Below, piece after piece: positions 10,304-20,039 of a DNA stretch of 64,000 nt. Position numbers and translations under genes: made by a program. Source of the DNA: Thermoanaerobacterales bacterium 50_218 (GTDB lineage Bacteria; Bacillota; DSM-12270; Thermacetogeniales; Thermacetogeniaceae); NCBI GenBank assembly GCA_001508855.1, contig LGFL01000002.1, positions 8,180-72,179 on the forward strand, written 5' to 3'. The stretch's first letter is position 1; each line of letters begins with the position of its first letter. A model generated the notes under the pieces. The model had not been told where the DNA came from. It did no database searches and saw nothing but the letters and a program-made list of their open reading frames with translations.

Positions 10304-11782
10304 TCAGATAATAATGCAGATCAGTCCCCCACTACCTTCATTGACGATCCTCTGCACTGTTTCCTGAAGCTTCACCTGAGCATTTTCCGGCATCCTGTGG
10401 AGCTTGTTCTGGATCCCTTCTCTCACCAACTCGTGAAGCGACTTCCCGAAGATGTCTTTCTTCCAAATTCTCTGGGGATCGTCTTCGAACTCCTCCAACA
10501 TGTACCTGACAAGCTCTTCACACTGTTTTTCCGTCCCGATAATCGGTGTGATTTCAGTAGTGATGTCTGCTCTGATGATGTGCAAAGATGGAGCACTGGC
10601 TTTCAGCCTCACACCAAACCGCGAACCCTGCCTGATCAACTCCGGCTCTTCGAGAACCATCTCCTCAAGGCTCGGGGCAACTACACCATACCCTAATTCT
10701 CGGACCTCCTCGAGCGCGGGAGCCACTTTTTCATATTCCCTCTTGGCCCTACTCAAATCCCGCATCAGCCTGAGGATGTCCTGCTCACCAGTGATTGTAA
10801 GCTGACTCACTTCCTCTAGAACCCTGAAAAACAGTTCTTTGCGGGAGTTAACCTCAATTACCGCCACCCCAGTACCAAGATTCATGTCCTCAAGAACTGC
10901 AGAGGCAACATGTTCGCATTCCTGAAGTTTCTCCACACACTTATCAATGTCTCGGATCCTTCCAATGTCGCTTATTGCCTCCTGCACAGTTTCTTCAAAC
11001 TCCCGCCGCAACCAGTGCATCGGCTCAAGTTCCTCCACCCAACCAGGTAAATTAACATTAACTTCCTGAACTGGGAACTCGTAGAGGGCCTCCTGTAAAA
11101 TGGTCAAGATATCGTCCTGGTTCATTTCTGCACAGTTGATCGGAAGAACAGGCACATCATATTTTTCCTCAAGACTCTGGGCAAGCTCGATGGTCTCAAG
11201 GGCTTCCGGGTAGGCAGAATTGAGGACCACGATAAACGGTTTTCCCAATTCCTGTAATTCCCCGATTACTCTTTCCTCGGCATCGAGGTAATTTTCTCTG
11301 GGAATCTCCGTGATCGTGCCATCAGTTAACACAACAATCCCGATCGTCGAATGGTCAGTGATCACTTTCCGGGTTCCGATCTCAGCGGCTTCCTGGAAAG
11401 GAATCGCTTCCTCGTACCAAGGTGTCATCACCATCCGCGGGCCACCTTCTTCTTCGTAACCAAGCGCCCCTTCAACTGTGTAACCCACGCAATCCACAAC
11501 TCTCACTTTTACTTTAAAGCCGTTCTTGATCGCAATCTCAACGGCCTCCTTAGGGATGAACTTGGGCTCTACAGTCATGATCATCCTGCCCGCGCCGCTC
11601 TGGGGTAATTCGTCCTTAGCTCTCTCTCGGTCATGCTGATTAACGATGTTTGGAAGAACGAGAAGTTCCATGAACTTTTTGATAAAGGTAGACTTCCCAG
11701 TGCGCACAGGACCGACAACACCAAGATAAATGTCCCCACCAGTTCTCACCGCGATGTCGCGAAAGATATTGACCTTTTCCAT
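10304..11782 (-). CDS. spoIVA: stage IV sporulation protein A (spore-coat morphogenetic ATPase)
   Basis: 492-aa ORF with N-terminus MEKVNIFRDIAVRTGGDIYLGVVGPVRTGKSTFIKKF (Walker A). Confidence 0.9.
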   Translation of the reverse strand: MEKVNIFRDIAVRTGGDIYLGVVGPVRTGKSTFIKKFMELLVLPNIVNQHDRERAKDELPQSGAGRMIMTVEPKFIPKEAVEIAIKNGFKVKVRVVDCVGYTVEGALGYEEEGGPRMVMTPWYEEAIPFQEAAEIGTRKVITDHSTIGIVVLTDGTITEIPRENYLDAEERVIGELQELGKPFIVVLNSAYPEALETIELAQSLEEKYDVPVLPINCAEMNQDDILTILQEALYEFPVQEVNVNLPGWVEELEPMHWLRREFEETVQEAISDIGRIRDIDKCVEKLQECEHVASAVLEDMNLGTGVAVIEVNSRKELFFRVLEEVSQLTITGEQDILRLMRDLSRAKREYEKVAPALEEVRELGYGVVAPSLEEMVLEEPELIRQGSRFGVRLKASAPSLHIIRADITTEITPIIGTEKQCEELVRYMLEEFEDDPQRIWKKDIFGKSLHELVREGIQNKLHRMPENAQVKLQETVQRIVNEGSGGLICIII

Positions 11783-11833
11783 GGCAGCCTCCCCCCTGAT
11801 CTAAGAGAAACACCAAAACTTTCCTTGCTACTA

Positions 11834-11862
11834 TATATATGTTGGCAAGCCACCGGTATTAC
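11834..11862 (-). promoter_or_regulatory. candidate sigma-E-type promoter for spoIVA
   Basis: On the minus strand, GTAATA is followed by a 15-nt spacer and CATATATA, about 45 nt upstream of the ATG. The match to the mother-cell sigma-E -10 CATACA-T pattern is judged by eye only. Confidence 0.3.
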
Positions 11863-11964
11863 CAAGGATGTTGCGCCCTCGTGGCCCACTTCCAACAAGG
11901 TCTTTGGAAGGTTTTAATGCGTGGGAACTTCCTATGGATGCGGCTAATGGTGACTGGTGACCGG

Positions 11965-12020
11965 GAGGAGATTCTCAATAAAGGAAAAAGGGGGAAACTT
12001 CAATTACAGAGGAGAATCTC
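11965..12020. repeat. two copies of a 12-nt element GAGGAGAWTCTC (core palindrome GAGAWTCTC), 44 bp apart
   Basis: GAGGAGATTCTC at 11965-11976 and GAGGAGAATCTC at 12009-12020, in the 317-nt gpsA-spoIVA intergenic region. Confidence 0.8.
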
Positions 12021-12099
12021 TTTGTGATACGTGGGGGATAGATATTTTGCAGTAATCCATACTTTCCAGATACCTGGCAAACGATCTTTTATATCCTTG

Positions 12100-13146
12100 C
12101 TACGAGAAAAACTTCCAGTTAAGGGAACTCAAAAACACTTCTTCTATCTCATAACGCTTCGGCCTCGACATCAGGTTGGAAACAGCTTTGTGTGGTGGCA
12201 AATCTTCGAACAGCACTTGATAGGTTTGTGCAGTAATCGGCATCTCCACCCCGTGCTGAAGCGCAAGTTGGTGCGCCGCTCTCGTGGTTTCCACACCTTC
12301 AACAACCATCCCTACCCTTCGGAGGGCCTCCTCCAGTCGCAACCCCTGACCGATGAGAATTCCGGCGCGCCTGTTCCTACTATGCCTGCTCGTGCAGGTT
12401 ACCACAAGGTCGCCTACTCCAGCTAAACCCAGAAAAGTCAAAGGGTTCGCCCCGAGAGTGACTCCCAGACGGGCAATCTCTGTGAGCCCCCTGGTGATCA
12501 GAGCAGCTCTCGTGTTATCACCAAAACCTAAGCCCTCAGCGATACCTGTGCCAAGAGCAATGATGTTTTTCAAGGCTCCTCCAAACTCAACCCCCACAAG
12601 ATCAAGGCTTGAATAAACGCGGAATCTGGGTGTTATAAAAACATCTTGGACATATCCAGCGAGTTCACGGGAACGAGCAGCTACCACCACTGCAGTCGGC
12701 ATCCCCCGGCAGACTTCCTCAGCATGGCTGGGCCCCGAAAGCACTGCGTAATAATCCTCAAAACCAGGCAGTTCTTCGGAGACAACCTGAGAAAGCCGAA
12801 AACAAGTGGTAGTCTCCAATCCTTTGGCAGCGTTTACCAGAATCGTGCCTGGCTTAATAAAAGACCGGATCCTTCTCAGAACTCCACGCAGAGCTTGAGA
12901 TGGAACAGCCAGAACCACAATCTTGATCCCATCAAGCACCTGGGAAACCTCAGAACTGATCACCTTGACGTTCTCCGGAAGGAGCACACCTGGAAGGTAT
13001 CTCTTGTTTTCCCTAGTCCGCGACAACTGAGAAGCTGCTTCCTGAGAACGCGCCCATAATCTAACAGTTTTTCCTTTCCCAGCAAGATGAATCGCCAGTG
13101 CAGTCCCCCAGCTCCCCGCACCGAGAACAGCAATTTCCTTTCCCAA
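12100..13146 (-). CDS. gpsA: NAD(P)H-dependent glycerol-3-phosphate dehydrogenase
   Basis: Contains the N-terminal [13 protein letters not shown]. The plsY-gpsA-der context is conserved in Firmicutes. Confidence 0.9.
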   Translation of the reverse strand: MGKEIAVLGAGSWGTALAIHLAGKGKTVRLWARSQEAASQLSRTRENKRYLPGVLLPENVKVISSEVSQVLDGIKIVVLAVPSQALRGVLRRIRSFIKPGTILVNAAKGLETTTCFRLSQVVSEELPGFEDYYAVLSGPSHAEEVCRGMPTAVVVAARSRELAGYVQDVFITPRFRVYSSLDLVGVEFGGALKNIIALGTGIAEGLGFGDNTRAALITRGLTEIARLGVTLGANPLTFLGLAGVGDLVVTCTSRHSRNRRAGILIGQGLRLEEALRRVGMVVEGVETTRAAHQLALQHGVEMPITAQTYQVLFEDLPPHKAVSNLMSRPKRYEIEEVFLSSLNWKFFS

Positions 13147-13161
13147 AAACTCTTCACTCCT

Positions 13162-13740
13162 TTACCAAAATCGCACCCGCGGCTCGATTCCCCTTAGAAG
13201 CCTGCGAATATTGGGCAGGTGGCGTAAAAAGATAAAGAGAGAGGCAGGAATGATAAAGAAGTAATAAATCGGAGATTCCCTCAACAAGAAGGCATAGACG
13301 GGAGCAAGCAAAGCTGCAGTAATCGAGCTAAGAGAGACATAACCTGTCAACAACAGCACCCCCAGCCACGTCCCTAGGGCAGCAAGGATCACTTTAGGGG
13401 TCAGGGCAACCAATACCCCGGCAGATGTGGAGACACCTCTCCCTCCCCGAAAACCGAGAAAAACCGACCAGTTGTGGCCGACAACCGCAGCGATACCTGC
13501 TGCCGCACCCCAACCAGGTCCTCCCCACAGCTTTCCCAGCAAAGCAGGGATCATGCCTTTGAGAAAATCACACAAAAAGACAACAACTCCTAGCTTTCTT
13601 CCCAAAACCCTGAAGGCGTTAGTAGCACCGATGTTCCCGCTCCCACGCTCCCGCAAATCGACGCCCTTCAGCTTCCCAAAAAGAAAACCAAAGGGGATTG
13701 AGCCCACCAGATAACTTGCCAAGAGAAGAAGAAACCCCAA
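13162..13740 (-). CDS. plsY: acyl-phosphate:glycerol-3-phosphate acyltransferase
   Basis: 192-aa membrane ORF containing GSGNIGATNAFR. Confidence 0.9.
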   Translation of the reverse strand: MGFLLLLASYLVGSIPFGFLFGKLKGVDLRERGSGNIGATNAFRVLGRKLGVVVFLCDFLKGMIPALLGKLWGGPGWGAAAGIAAVVGHNWSVFLGFRGGRGVSTSAGVLVALTPKVILAALGTWLGVLLLTGYVSLSSITAALLAPVYAFLLRESPIYYFFIIPASLFIFLRHLPNIRRLLRGIEPRVRFW

Positions 13741-13769
13741 AACATCTCCTCCTTCGGTTTGATTATTGT

Positions 13770-15080
13770 TCAGGACCTCCTTCTCCGGAAAATCAACCGG
13801 AGTGGAGTTCCTTCAAAGCCATAGGTTTTGCGCAACTGGTTTTCTAGAAACCTCTTGTAGGAAAAATGAACAAGGTCTGGGTCATTGACGAAGAACAAAA
13901 AGTGAGGTGGTTTAACTCCTACCTGAACTGCATAATAGATTTTCAGTTCCTTTCCTTTAGTTGAAGGTGGTGGGTTAAACAAGAGAATCTCGTTGAGCCA
14001 GTTGTTAAGGTTTCCAGTACTGATTCTTTTGACCTGTTCACTGGCCACAAGATCAACCAAACCGAGAACCTGGTCAACCCCCCACCCACTAAGTGCCGAA
14101 ATAAACAGAAGAGGAGCATAAGAAAGAAAATGCAGTTCTGCGCGTACCATCTGCTGAAAATCCTCGATATCGGTTTTCTCCATCACCAGGTCCCACTTGT
14201 TGATTATAATTATAAGTCCCTTTCCCGCTTCTTCAATATACCCGCCGATCTTCTTGTCTTGTTCAACCACACCAAGAGCAGCATCAAGAACGAGTAACAC
14301 CACATCAGCACGGTCTATTGCCCGCAGGGCTCGGATTACGCTGTACCTTTCCACCCCCGGAGTAACCCGACTTTTACGGCGAATCCCGGAGGTGTCCACA
14401 ATGATGTACCTCTTGTCATCTTGCACCAGTACGGTATCAATAGCATCCCTCGTCGTGCCTGGAACCTCGCTGACGATTACCCTCTCTTCCCGGAGAAGAG
14501 CATTGACCAGAGACGATTTTCCCACATTCGGTCTTCCGACAACGGCAACCCGAATTCCTTCTACTTCTTCGTCAGCTTCTTCAGGTGGAAACATCTCCAC
14601 GATCTTGCTGAGAAGGGTATCTATATTGAGCCCGTGGAGAGCAGAAATGGGAATGGGCTCTCCTAAACCAAGAGTCAGGAACTCGTAAACATGATGGCTG
14701 TCTCTCCTGAAATTGTCAACTTTGTTGACCGCAAGGACGACCTTTTTCCGGTACTTATGGAGCAAACGTGCAATTTCCTCATCTTCGGGTGTTGGGCCAA
14801 CCCGAAAATCAACAACAAAAACAACCACATCAGCCTCTTCGATGGCTTTTTCTACCTGTTTACGGACCTCACCACTAAAGTCGGGATCGGGCAAGAACAA
14901 TCCTCCTGTATCCACAAGAGTAAAAGTTCTTTTCTCCCATTCAGCATCTCGATAAAGCCGGTCTCTGGTGACCCCGGGAACATCAGCAACGATCGCAGTG
15001 CGACCACCGGCAAGCCTGTTGAAGAGAGTCGATTTGCCAACATTCGGTCTACCCACTAGAGCCACCACAGGTTTACTCAT
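13770..15080 (-). CDS. der: ribosome-biogenesis GTPase Der (EngA)
   Basis: Two tandem G domains (GRPNVGKSTLFN and GRPNVGKSSLVN) plus a C-terminal KH-like region. Confidence 0.95.
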   Translation of the reverse strand: MSKPVVALVGRPNVGKSTLFNRLAGGRTAIVADVPGVTRDRLYRDAEWEKRTFTLVDTGGLFLPDPDFSGEVRKQVEKAIEEADVVVFVVDFRVGPTPEDEEIARLLHKYRKKVVLAVNKVDNFRRDSHHVYEFLTLGLGEPIPISALHGLNIDTLLSKIVEMFPPEEADEEVEGIRVAVVGRPNVGKSSLVNALLREERVIVSEVPGTTRDAIDTVLVQDDKRYIIVDTSGIRRKSRVTPGVERYSVIRALRAIDRADVVLLVLDAALGVVEQDKKIGGYIEEAGKGLIIIINKWDLVMEKTDIEDFQQMVRAELHFLSYAPLLFISALSGWGVDQVLGLVDLVASEQVKRISTGNLNNWLNEILLFNPPPSTKGKELKIYYAVQVGVKPPHFLFFVNDPDLVHFSYKRFLENQLRKTYGFEGTPLRLIFRRRRS

Positions 15081-15086
15081 CCCAAC

Positions 15087-16424
15087 CTACCCCTCTTTAG
15101 TTTCATAATTACCGATCTCATCGATACGGGTTCCGGTTACTTCGGCAACAAGGGCGCTGGCAGTAGGTTCTATAACCCTGACCTTGCACTTCAGCCTCGC
15201 GGCGATTTCTCCAACAGTGACGCCATCAAGAAACATCGATGTTCCCTTACGCAACAAAACAGCAGGTAACAGCAACTCTTCCCCTTCAACACCTCGCAAA
15301 CCCCAGAGAAGATCTTTTCCCGTCAACAATCCGGTAACATTTACCCGGAGCCCGAAAAAAGTATTGGGAACCGCTACCAGCTTCAAATCCAGATTCCTGA
15401 TAAGATTCAGCCTGGCCACAACTGGAGCCAAAACCCTCGCCCCAGCGTATCCAGTAACAACTAGAAAGCGGCGGTATCTTTTCAGGCGCGAAGGCAGTTT
15501 TGGAAGAAACTCTCGAAACTGATCATAAAAGAGTCGGGCCATACCAATACCGTTTTCCAGTTGAGGATATCCATCGTAAAACAAACCGGGAGGAAACGGA
15601 ATCCCAGCGCGCAGATAAAACTCATCACTAAGATAAACAAAAGAACAACCGAACTTTTTCCGAAAACCCTTCCGATAACCGGCAACTTTCCTAATTAGTT
15701 GGACACACTCGGGCCTGGTAAACGACCTGAGCAGAGGCAAATTCTTTCTGAACTTTGTCAGGCCTACAGGAACGATCCCCAGAGAACGGACTCCGGGCCA
15801 AAGCAGAGATAAATCTCTGATAGTTTTTTCGAGAACAGGGCCATCATTGATCCCCGGGCACAAAACCACCTGGGTGTGGACGGTAATCCCGCCTTCGACG
15901 AGAGTTTGCAGCTGTTCCAGAACAGCCTGGGGGTGCTTCTTCCCAAGCATCTGGCCTCGAATAGAAGGGTCAGTGGCATGGACGGAGACATAAAGAGGAC
16001 TCAGGTGAAAGGTAATGATCCGGGTAATGTCTTGGGGACGTAGATTAGTCAGGGTAATGAAGTTTCCGTGAAGAAAAGACAGCCTGTAGTCATCATCCTT
16101 TTCGTAAAGGGACGGCCTTAGCCCCTTGGGTAACTGGTCAACAAAACAAAAAATACACTTGTTTTGACAGCGACGAATACCATCGAAGCAGTCACTAGAA
16201 AAAATAAGACCCAGGTCGGTATCATAGGCCTTTTCCACAGAAAAGAACCGGGTTTTTCCATCCGAATTTCGAATTCTAAGCTTCAGTTTTTCTTCAGCTA
16301 TAAGGTACCTGTAGTGAATATAATCACGAGGAACGATTCTGTTGACTGTGAGCAAATAATCGCCAGCCCGGACACCCAGTTTTTCAGCGATACTTCGTGG
16401 CCTTACTCCAGCTATGGCAACCAT
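15087..16424 (-). CDS. DUF512-type PDZ/radical-SAM-like Fe-S protein
   Basis: 445-aa ORF with an N-terminal PDZ-like segment and a CxxxCxxC motif (CQNKCIFC). It lies directly upstream of der, as is typical for this family. Confidence 0.75.
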   Translation of the reverse strand: MVAIAGVRPRSIAEKLGVRAGDYLLTVNRIVPRDYIHYRYLIAEEKLKLRIRNSDGKTRFFSVEKAYDTDLGLIFSSDCFDGIRRCQNKCIFCFVDQLPKGLRPSLYEKDDDYRLSFLHGNFITLTNLRPQDITRIITFHLSPLYVSVHATDPSIRGQMLGKKHPQAVLEQLQTLVEGGITVHTQVVLCPGINDGPVLEKTIRDLSLLWPGVRSLGIVPVGLTKFRKNLPLLRSFTRPECVQLIRKVAGYRKGFRKKFGCSFVYLSDEFYLRAGIPFPPGLFYDGYPQLENGIGMARLFYDQFREFLPKLPSRLKRYRRFLVVTGYAGARVLAPVVARLNLIRNLDLKLVAVPNTFFGLRVNVTGLLTGKDLLWGLRGVEGEELLLPAVLLRKGTSMFLDGVTVGEIAARLKCKVRVIEPTASALVAEVTGTRIDEIGNYETKEG

Positions 16425-16507
16425 TTTTCTGGGACTCTCCGTTTTTGCTTACAATTATCTCCCACAACCAGAAAATCGTCAACCACCTCCTGCTTCAGGT
16501 AATCTCT

Positions 16508-16699
16508 TTAGTGCTTGACAATGATGTAAGTGCCGTTTTCCAAGTCGTGCACCATTCCTTTGAGAACGCGGCTCAAAATTAGAGCGATTCGCTTCTGTTC
16601 TTCCTCATTGCGGGCAATAAAAATAGGAGCACCACCTGCCACCATCTCAGGGTTAAGAGTGATTACAGCCAAGACCGCTCCTACCAGTTCAGTATCCAA
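16508..16699 (-). CDS. small protein paired with YIEGIA (capping-complex-subunit-like)
   Basis: 63-aa ORF 12 nt downstream of the YIEGIA gene. Its size and position match the small partner usually annotated next to YIEGIA proteins (from memory). Confidence 0.5.
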   Translation of the reverse strand: MDTELVGAVLAVITLNPEMVAGGAPIFIARNEEEQKRIALILSRVLKGMVHDLENGTYIIVKH

Positions 16700-16711
16700 A
16701 AGATTTCACCC

Positions 16712-17599
16712 CTAGTCTGCAGCAATCCTTCCCGCAAGTGTCGACAAGGGCTTTCTGGATGCGCTTTCGAGGACCGGGACCCTGTTGATGATCTCCCGCA
16801 AACAATCGAAGTCTTTCTCTACCGGAAGAATGAACAAACCTATTTCTCCGGTATCGATATTTTTCCTGGCGAGGGGTGTGAATTCTAACTCTCCTATTTC
16901 TCTCTTTGTTCCCAGCAACGAAGCAGCAGTATGCAAGATTGCCTGGCGCTGGCCGACATGATGCAAGGTAGCTCTGCCGTTGTCATCCCTGGGCTTGATG
17001 AGCACAGCAAGCCCCTCAGCAAGAATCTTTTCCCTCATCTCGGGCAGACCCACGTTCATGATAAATATTTTGTCGACCATCAGCAGAGACCCCTGAAAAT
17101 GCAGTTCCGCCGGAACCACCTCGGCAATGTCTCCGACCACTTTTCCTTTCATCAAGAACTGAGAAGCAATCAGCCAAAAAAGGGCACCAACCAAAGCCGC
17201 CCACCAGCCGCTGGCAACAGCCAATCCACTTACAGTGAGAGCTGTGGCCATCGTGAGGTAGTTTCTGGCTTCAAAGGTTTTGGCAATTCCCTCGATGTAA
17301 TCCAAACCCCGGGGCACAAGTTCCGCCTCTTCCAGCTTTGAGAGTGTCTCCCGCTCCATATTCCGGACCTGGCGGAATTCCTGGGCCGCGAGTGCAAGAA
17401 ATGTTACTGCTGCAAACTGTTTGAAGACAAGCGCAGGAACGAGAACAGAGCCAATGAGAGCAGCAATGAACCCCAGAGCAAGATGAGTAACCATACCATG
17501 TGGATAGGTAGGGTACTGGCGGTAATCAACCCGAAGCATAAAAAGCCGAGCCAATACTCCTGCTACCATACCGAGGCCAATACTCAAATTGTAGTTCAT
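16712..17599 (-). CDS. YIEGIA family membrane protein
   Basis: Contains the literal DYIEGIA signature and several TM segments. I place the start at ATG 17599, because the ORF-track start at 17677 would overlap spoIIP. Confidence 0.8.
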   Translation of the reverse strand: MNYNLSIGLGMVAGVLARLFMLRVDYRQYPTYPHGMVTHLALGFIAALIGSVLVPALVFKQFAAVTFLALAAQEFRQVRNMERETLSKLEEAELVPRGLDYIEGIAKTFEARNYLTMATALTVSGLAVASGWWAALVGALFWLIASQFLMKGKVVGDIAEVVPAELHFQGSLLMVDKIFIMNVGLPEMREKILAEGLAVLIKPRDDNGRATLHHVGQRQAILHTAASLLGTKREIGELEFTPLARKNIDTGEIGLFILPVEKDFDCLREIINRVPVLESASRKPLSTLAGRIAAD

Positions 17600-17609
17600 C
17601 GGAATCCCT

Positions 17610-18731
17610 TCATCTCTCCCCCTCTTTTTTTCCTCCAAATTCAATCCTGAAGAAGTCAAGAAAGCGCTCCCAGGCACCTTTCCAGCTTCCGGTATTCAAA
17701 TAGAGAAATCCGGCGATCATCCCACCGGCAATCAGAATCCCCCAAAAAAGAGCTTTCCAGTCACCTCGATTTGTCGGAGGAGCAGGTGCCTCGGGTCTTA
17801 CTCCCGTTATTCCAAACACTTCAGGGAAAGCATCGGCAAACAAAGCAACTCCTTTCTGGGCGTCTTCTCTGGCATTGGTGTGAGAGCCCACTTCCACCAG
17901 CAGTGCTCTCGGCGCCAAATCCTGGTTGTAATTGCCGCGGGAGACGAGAATCCCTTCAACCAAACCAGGATGAATTTCATCAAGAACAGATTTGAGCTCT
18001 TTGGCAAACTGGAGGTTAGCACTCATGCGGGGATTCTCTCTGCCGATGACAAACTTTATTTTGGTGACTTTTTGACCATTGACAACAGCTTCATACACAT
18101 CGGGAGGAACCGCATCTCTGTGGACATCAATGATCGCCACCGGTTGCTTCTGGAGCAATTGAACGGCAGTTCTCCGCGAGCGATAATAGGCATTAGCATC
18201 GTGGGGATCGTGTGGCCTTAAGCTGTGCAACACTTCAAAACCCTCAGAACGCAGTTTTTCAGCAAAAACCTTGCCGACTTTGAAGATTCCCCCATTTGCG
18301 TAAACACTCGCCGAACCATCACTAGGAACATACGATTCATCACTGTGCGTATGATAGATGGCGACCAAATTCTTTCTGGCTCCAGAGTCAGCCGCCTTTG
18401 CCAAAAGAGCTTCCAGGGTCGAAGCACTTTTTTGGGGTGACTCCTTTTCATTTGTAACTTCTTCCGCATAAGCACAGTCACCCTCGATTCTGGTAATCCG
18501 GTAATGCAGGTTTTTAGAGGTAAAATATTCATCACCGACATAAAGTTTGTGAGCAGTCCGATGAATAACGTTTCCGCGATCATCAAGGATCGTGTAAAAG
18601 CCACCATCAGTGCGTTCTTCTTCGAAACGGCCAGTCAATCCTTCCCATCCCAAGCATGGTGATTGACCGAGAAGGGGAGCTAAAAGAAGCACAATGATGA
18701 AAGCAAAAAACCTTAAGCTGACTCTATTCAT
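17610..18731 (-). CDS. spoIIP: stage II sporulation protein P
   Basis: Contains the AIYHTHSDESYVP motif. I place the start at ATG 18731, which gives the signal-like N-terminus MNRVSLRFFAFIIVLLLAPLL. The ORF-track start at 18905 runs through the upstream gene. Confidence 0.85.
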   Translation of the reverse strand: MNRVSLRFFAFIIVLLLAPLLGQSPCLGWEGLTGRFEEERTDGGFYTILDDRGNVIHRTAHKLYVGDEYFTSKNLHYRITRIEGDCAYAEEVTNEKESPQKSASTLEALLAKAADSGARKNLVAIYHTHSDESYVPSDGSASVYANGGIFKVGKVFAEKLRSEGFEVLHSLRPHDPHDANAYYRSRRTAVQLLQKQPVAIIDVHRDAVPPDVYEAVVNGQKVTKIKFVIGRENPRMSANLQFAKELKSVLDEIHPGLVEGILVSRGNYNQDLAPRALLVEVGSHTNAREDAQKGVALFADAFPEVFGITGVRPEAPAPPTNRGDWKALFWGILIAGGMIAGFLYLNTGSWKGAWERFLDFFRIEFGGKKEGER

Positions 18732-19431
18732 TATCTTCTTCCTCCTTTCTGTGGATCGGGCGCAACTGTTTGAGAAGCAATTTTGCCTTCCCCCTTGCCT
18801 CTGGTCCACCTTGCAAGAACTCTCTGGTCTCACCGATAAACTCCGCCAAAAGCACAGCCAGCAAACCCCCGATAACGACGGCATCAAAGGCACCTCCACC
18901 ACCAATCAAAACCGCCCCAGGCCTCCCTGTAAACAACAACCAGAAATACATGACCACATCAACCAAAAGGATTCCAACAGTAGCAGCGATGAACGCGCTG
19001 CGCCGCGATCTTCCGATGATATAGGCAACAACACCACCAACCACGGGGTAAACGTAAAGAGGATCAAGAAACATAGTTTCTGGTTCTGCACCTAGAAAGA
19101 AACCGGTAAGGTAAATAGCACCCGCAGTAAACAGGATCCCAGCAATCGCTCTTACTTTTTCTTTTACCGTTCCTGCTTCCAAAAACAGATAACCCGAAAG
19201 CAGCAAAGGAACCAGCCCACCCCCCACATTGAGAGAGGCCTCGATCCGGGGTTTCCCGGGAAGGGGAATATTGATAAACCCCCCCACAATAATTGCCGCA
19301 ATCACGCCCAGTGCCGCCTTATCTGAGAGACGAAGCCGGTCAAGCACACGCTGGGCTATACCAAAGTAGATCAAAACAGAAATTACCAGCAACAAAATGA
19401 TCCCAATGGGAAACCTAGCCAAAAAGCTCAT
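18724..19431 (-). CDS. polytopic membrane protein (DUF1614-like)
   Basis: 235-aa hydrophobic ORF. The family call is by resemblance only. Confidence 0.45.
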   Translation of the reverse strand: MSFLARFPIGIILLLVISVLIYFGIAQRVLDRLRLSDKAALGVIAAIIVGGFINIPLPGKPRIEASLNVGGGLVPLLLSGYLFLEAGTVKEKVRAIAGILFTAGAIYLTGFFLGAEPETMFLDPLYVYPVVGGVVAYIIGRSRRSAFIAATVGILLVDVVMYFWLLFTGRPGAVLIGGGGAFDAVVIGGLLAVLLAEFIGETREFLQGGPEARGKAKLLLKQLRPIHRKEEEDNE

Positions 19432-19901
19432 CTCCTTCCATCTCGGATTCTCTGGGCTATCCTTGAAAGGTCTTCAGAAAAACGCGATAGAGGAGTTCCT
19501 TTTTTAACCTCACTGGCGATCTCTCTGAGGCGGAGAACCAGAAAGGGTTCTGAGGTAACACTTACTGCAGCCAATTCCGGGTTTGCCAGTTGTACTCTTT
19601 TGAGCACTTCGTTTTCGATTGCCGATACCTGAGTTTCTTTAACATCCTTGAGAATCTCAAGCCCAATAAAGGCTTCGTTGTTTAAAACGATCACCGTAGT
19701 TTTCCGGATCCCAGGAACCTTGACGACAACATCAGCAATACCCTCAGCCAAACACCGGGCATCTTCGGGAATTCTCGGAGAAGTGACTTGTGGTCGCTGA
19801 ACCTGTTGGGACTCTTTGGTAGTGTGACACCCCCAAGAAAACGGCAATAAAACTAACAGCAAAAAGATTAACAACCACTTTATCTCATTGCACCTCCCCA
19901 T
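19428..19901 (-). CDS. YhcN/YlaJ-family sporulation lipoprotein
   Basis: Signal peptide with lipobox-like FSWGC. The later sequence pattern (VPGIRKTTVIVLNNEAFIGLE ... VSVTSEP) is typical of YlaJ-like proteins. Confidence 0.6.
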   Translation of the reverse strand: MGRCNEIKWLLIFLLLVLLPFSWGCHTTKESQQVQRPQVTSPRIPEDARCLAEGIADVVVKVPGIRKTTVIVLNNEAFIGLEILKDVKETQVSAIENEVLKRVQLANPELAAVSVTSEPFLVLRLREIASEVKKGTPLSRFSEDLSRIAQRIRDGRR

Positions 19902-19974
19902 AAGACCTGCTAATACTAATTTGATTCAGTGAAAAGAAGACCATACGCGGAAAGATTATCCATGTCCAATGGAA

Positions 19975-20002
19975 AACAAAAAAGCAGGGAGTAACCCCTG
20001 CT
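19975..20002 (-). terminator. rho-independent terminator after mobA
   Basis: The minus strand reads AGCAGGG-GTTACT-CCCTGCT followed by TTTTTGTTTT. Confidence 0.7.
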
Positions 20003-20039
20003 CGATTGGCTGGAACTAGTTTCAGTTCTAGAAAAATTC

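Noticed and set aside
17610-18905. Apparent long gene overlaps: spoIIP with its upstream gene, YIEGIA with spoIIP, plsC with cmk, lysC with thrB, MetE-like with M28, and the radical SAM N-terminus with M28.
   Set aside because: These are artefacts of taking the longest ORF. Internal ATG, GTG or TTG starts with an RBS remove or minimise each overlap. Only the ABC ATPase/cobO overlap (34566-34630) cannot be resolved this way.
20011-20033. 10-bp perfect palindrome GAACTAGTTC and nearby inverted repeats just beyond the mobA stop codon (mobA ends at 20040).
   Set aside because: It is short and isolated, and adjacent to a clear terminator. There is no evidence for function beyond chance.
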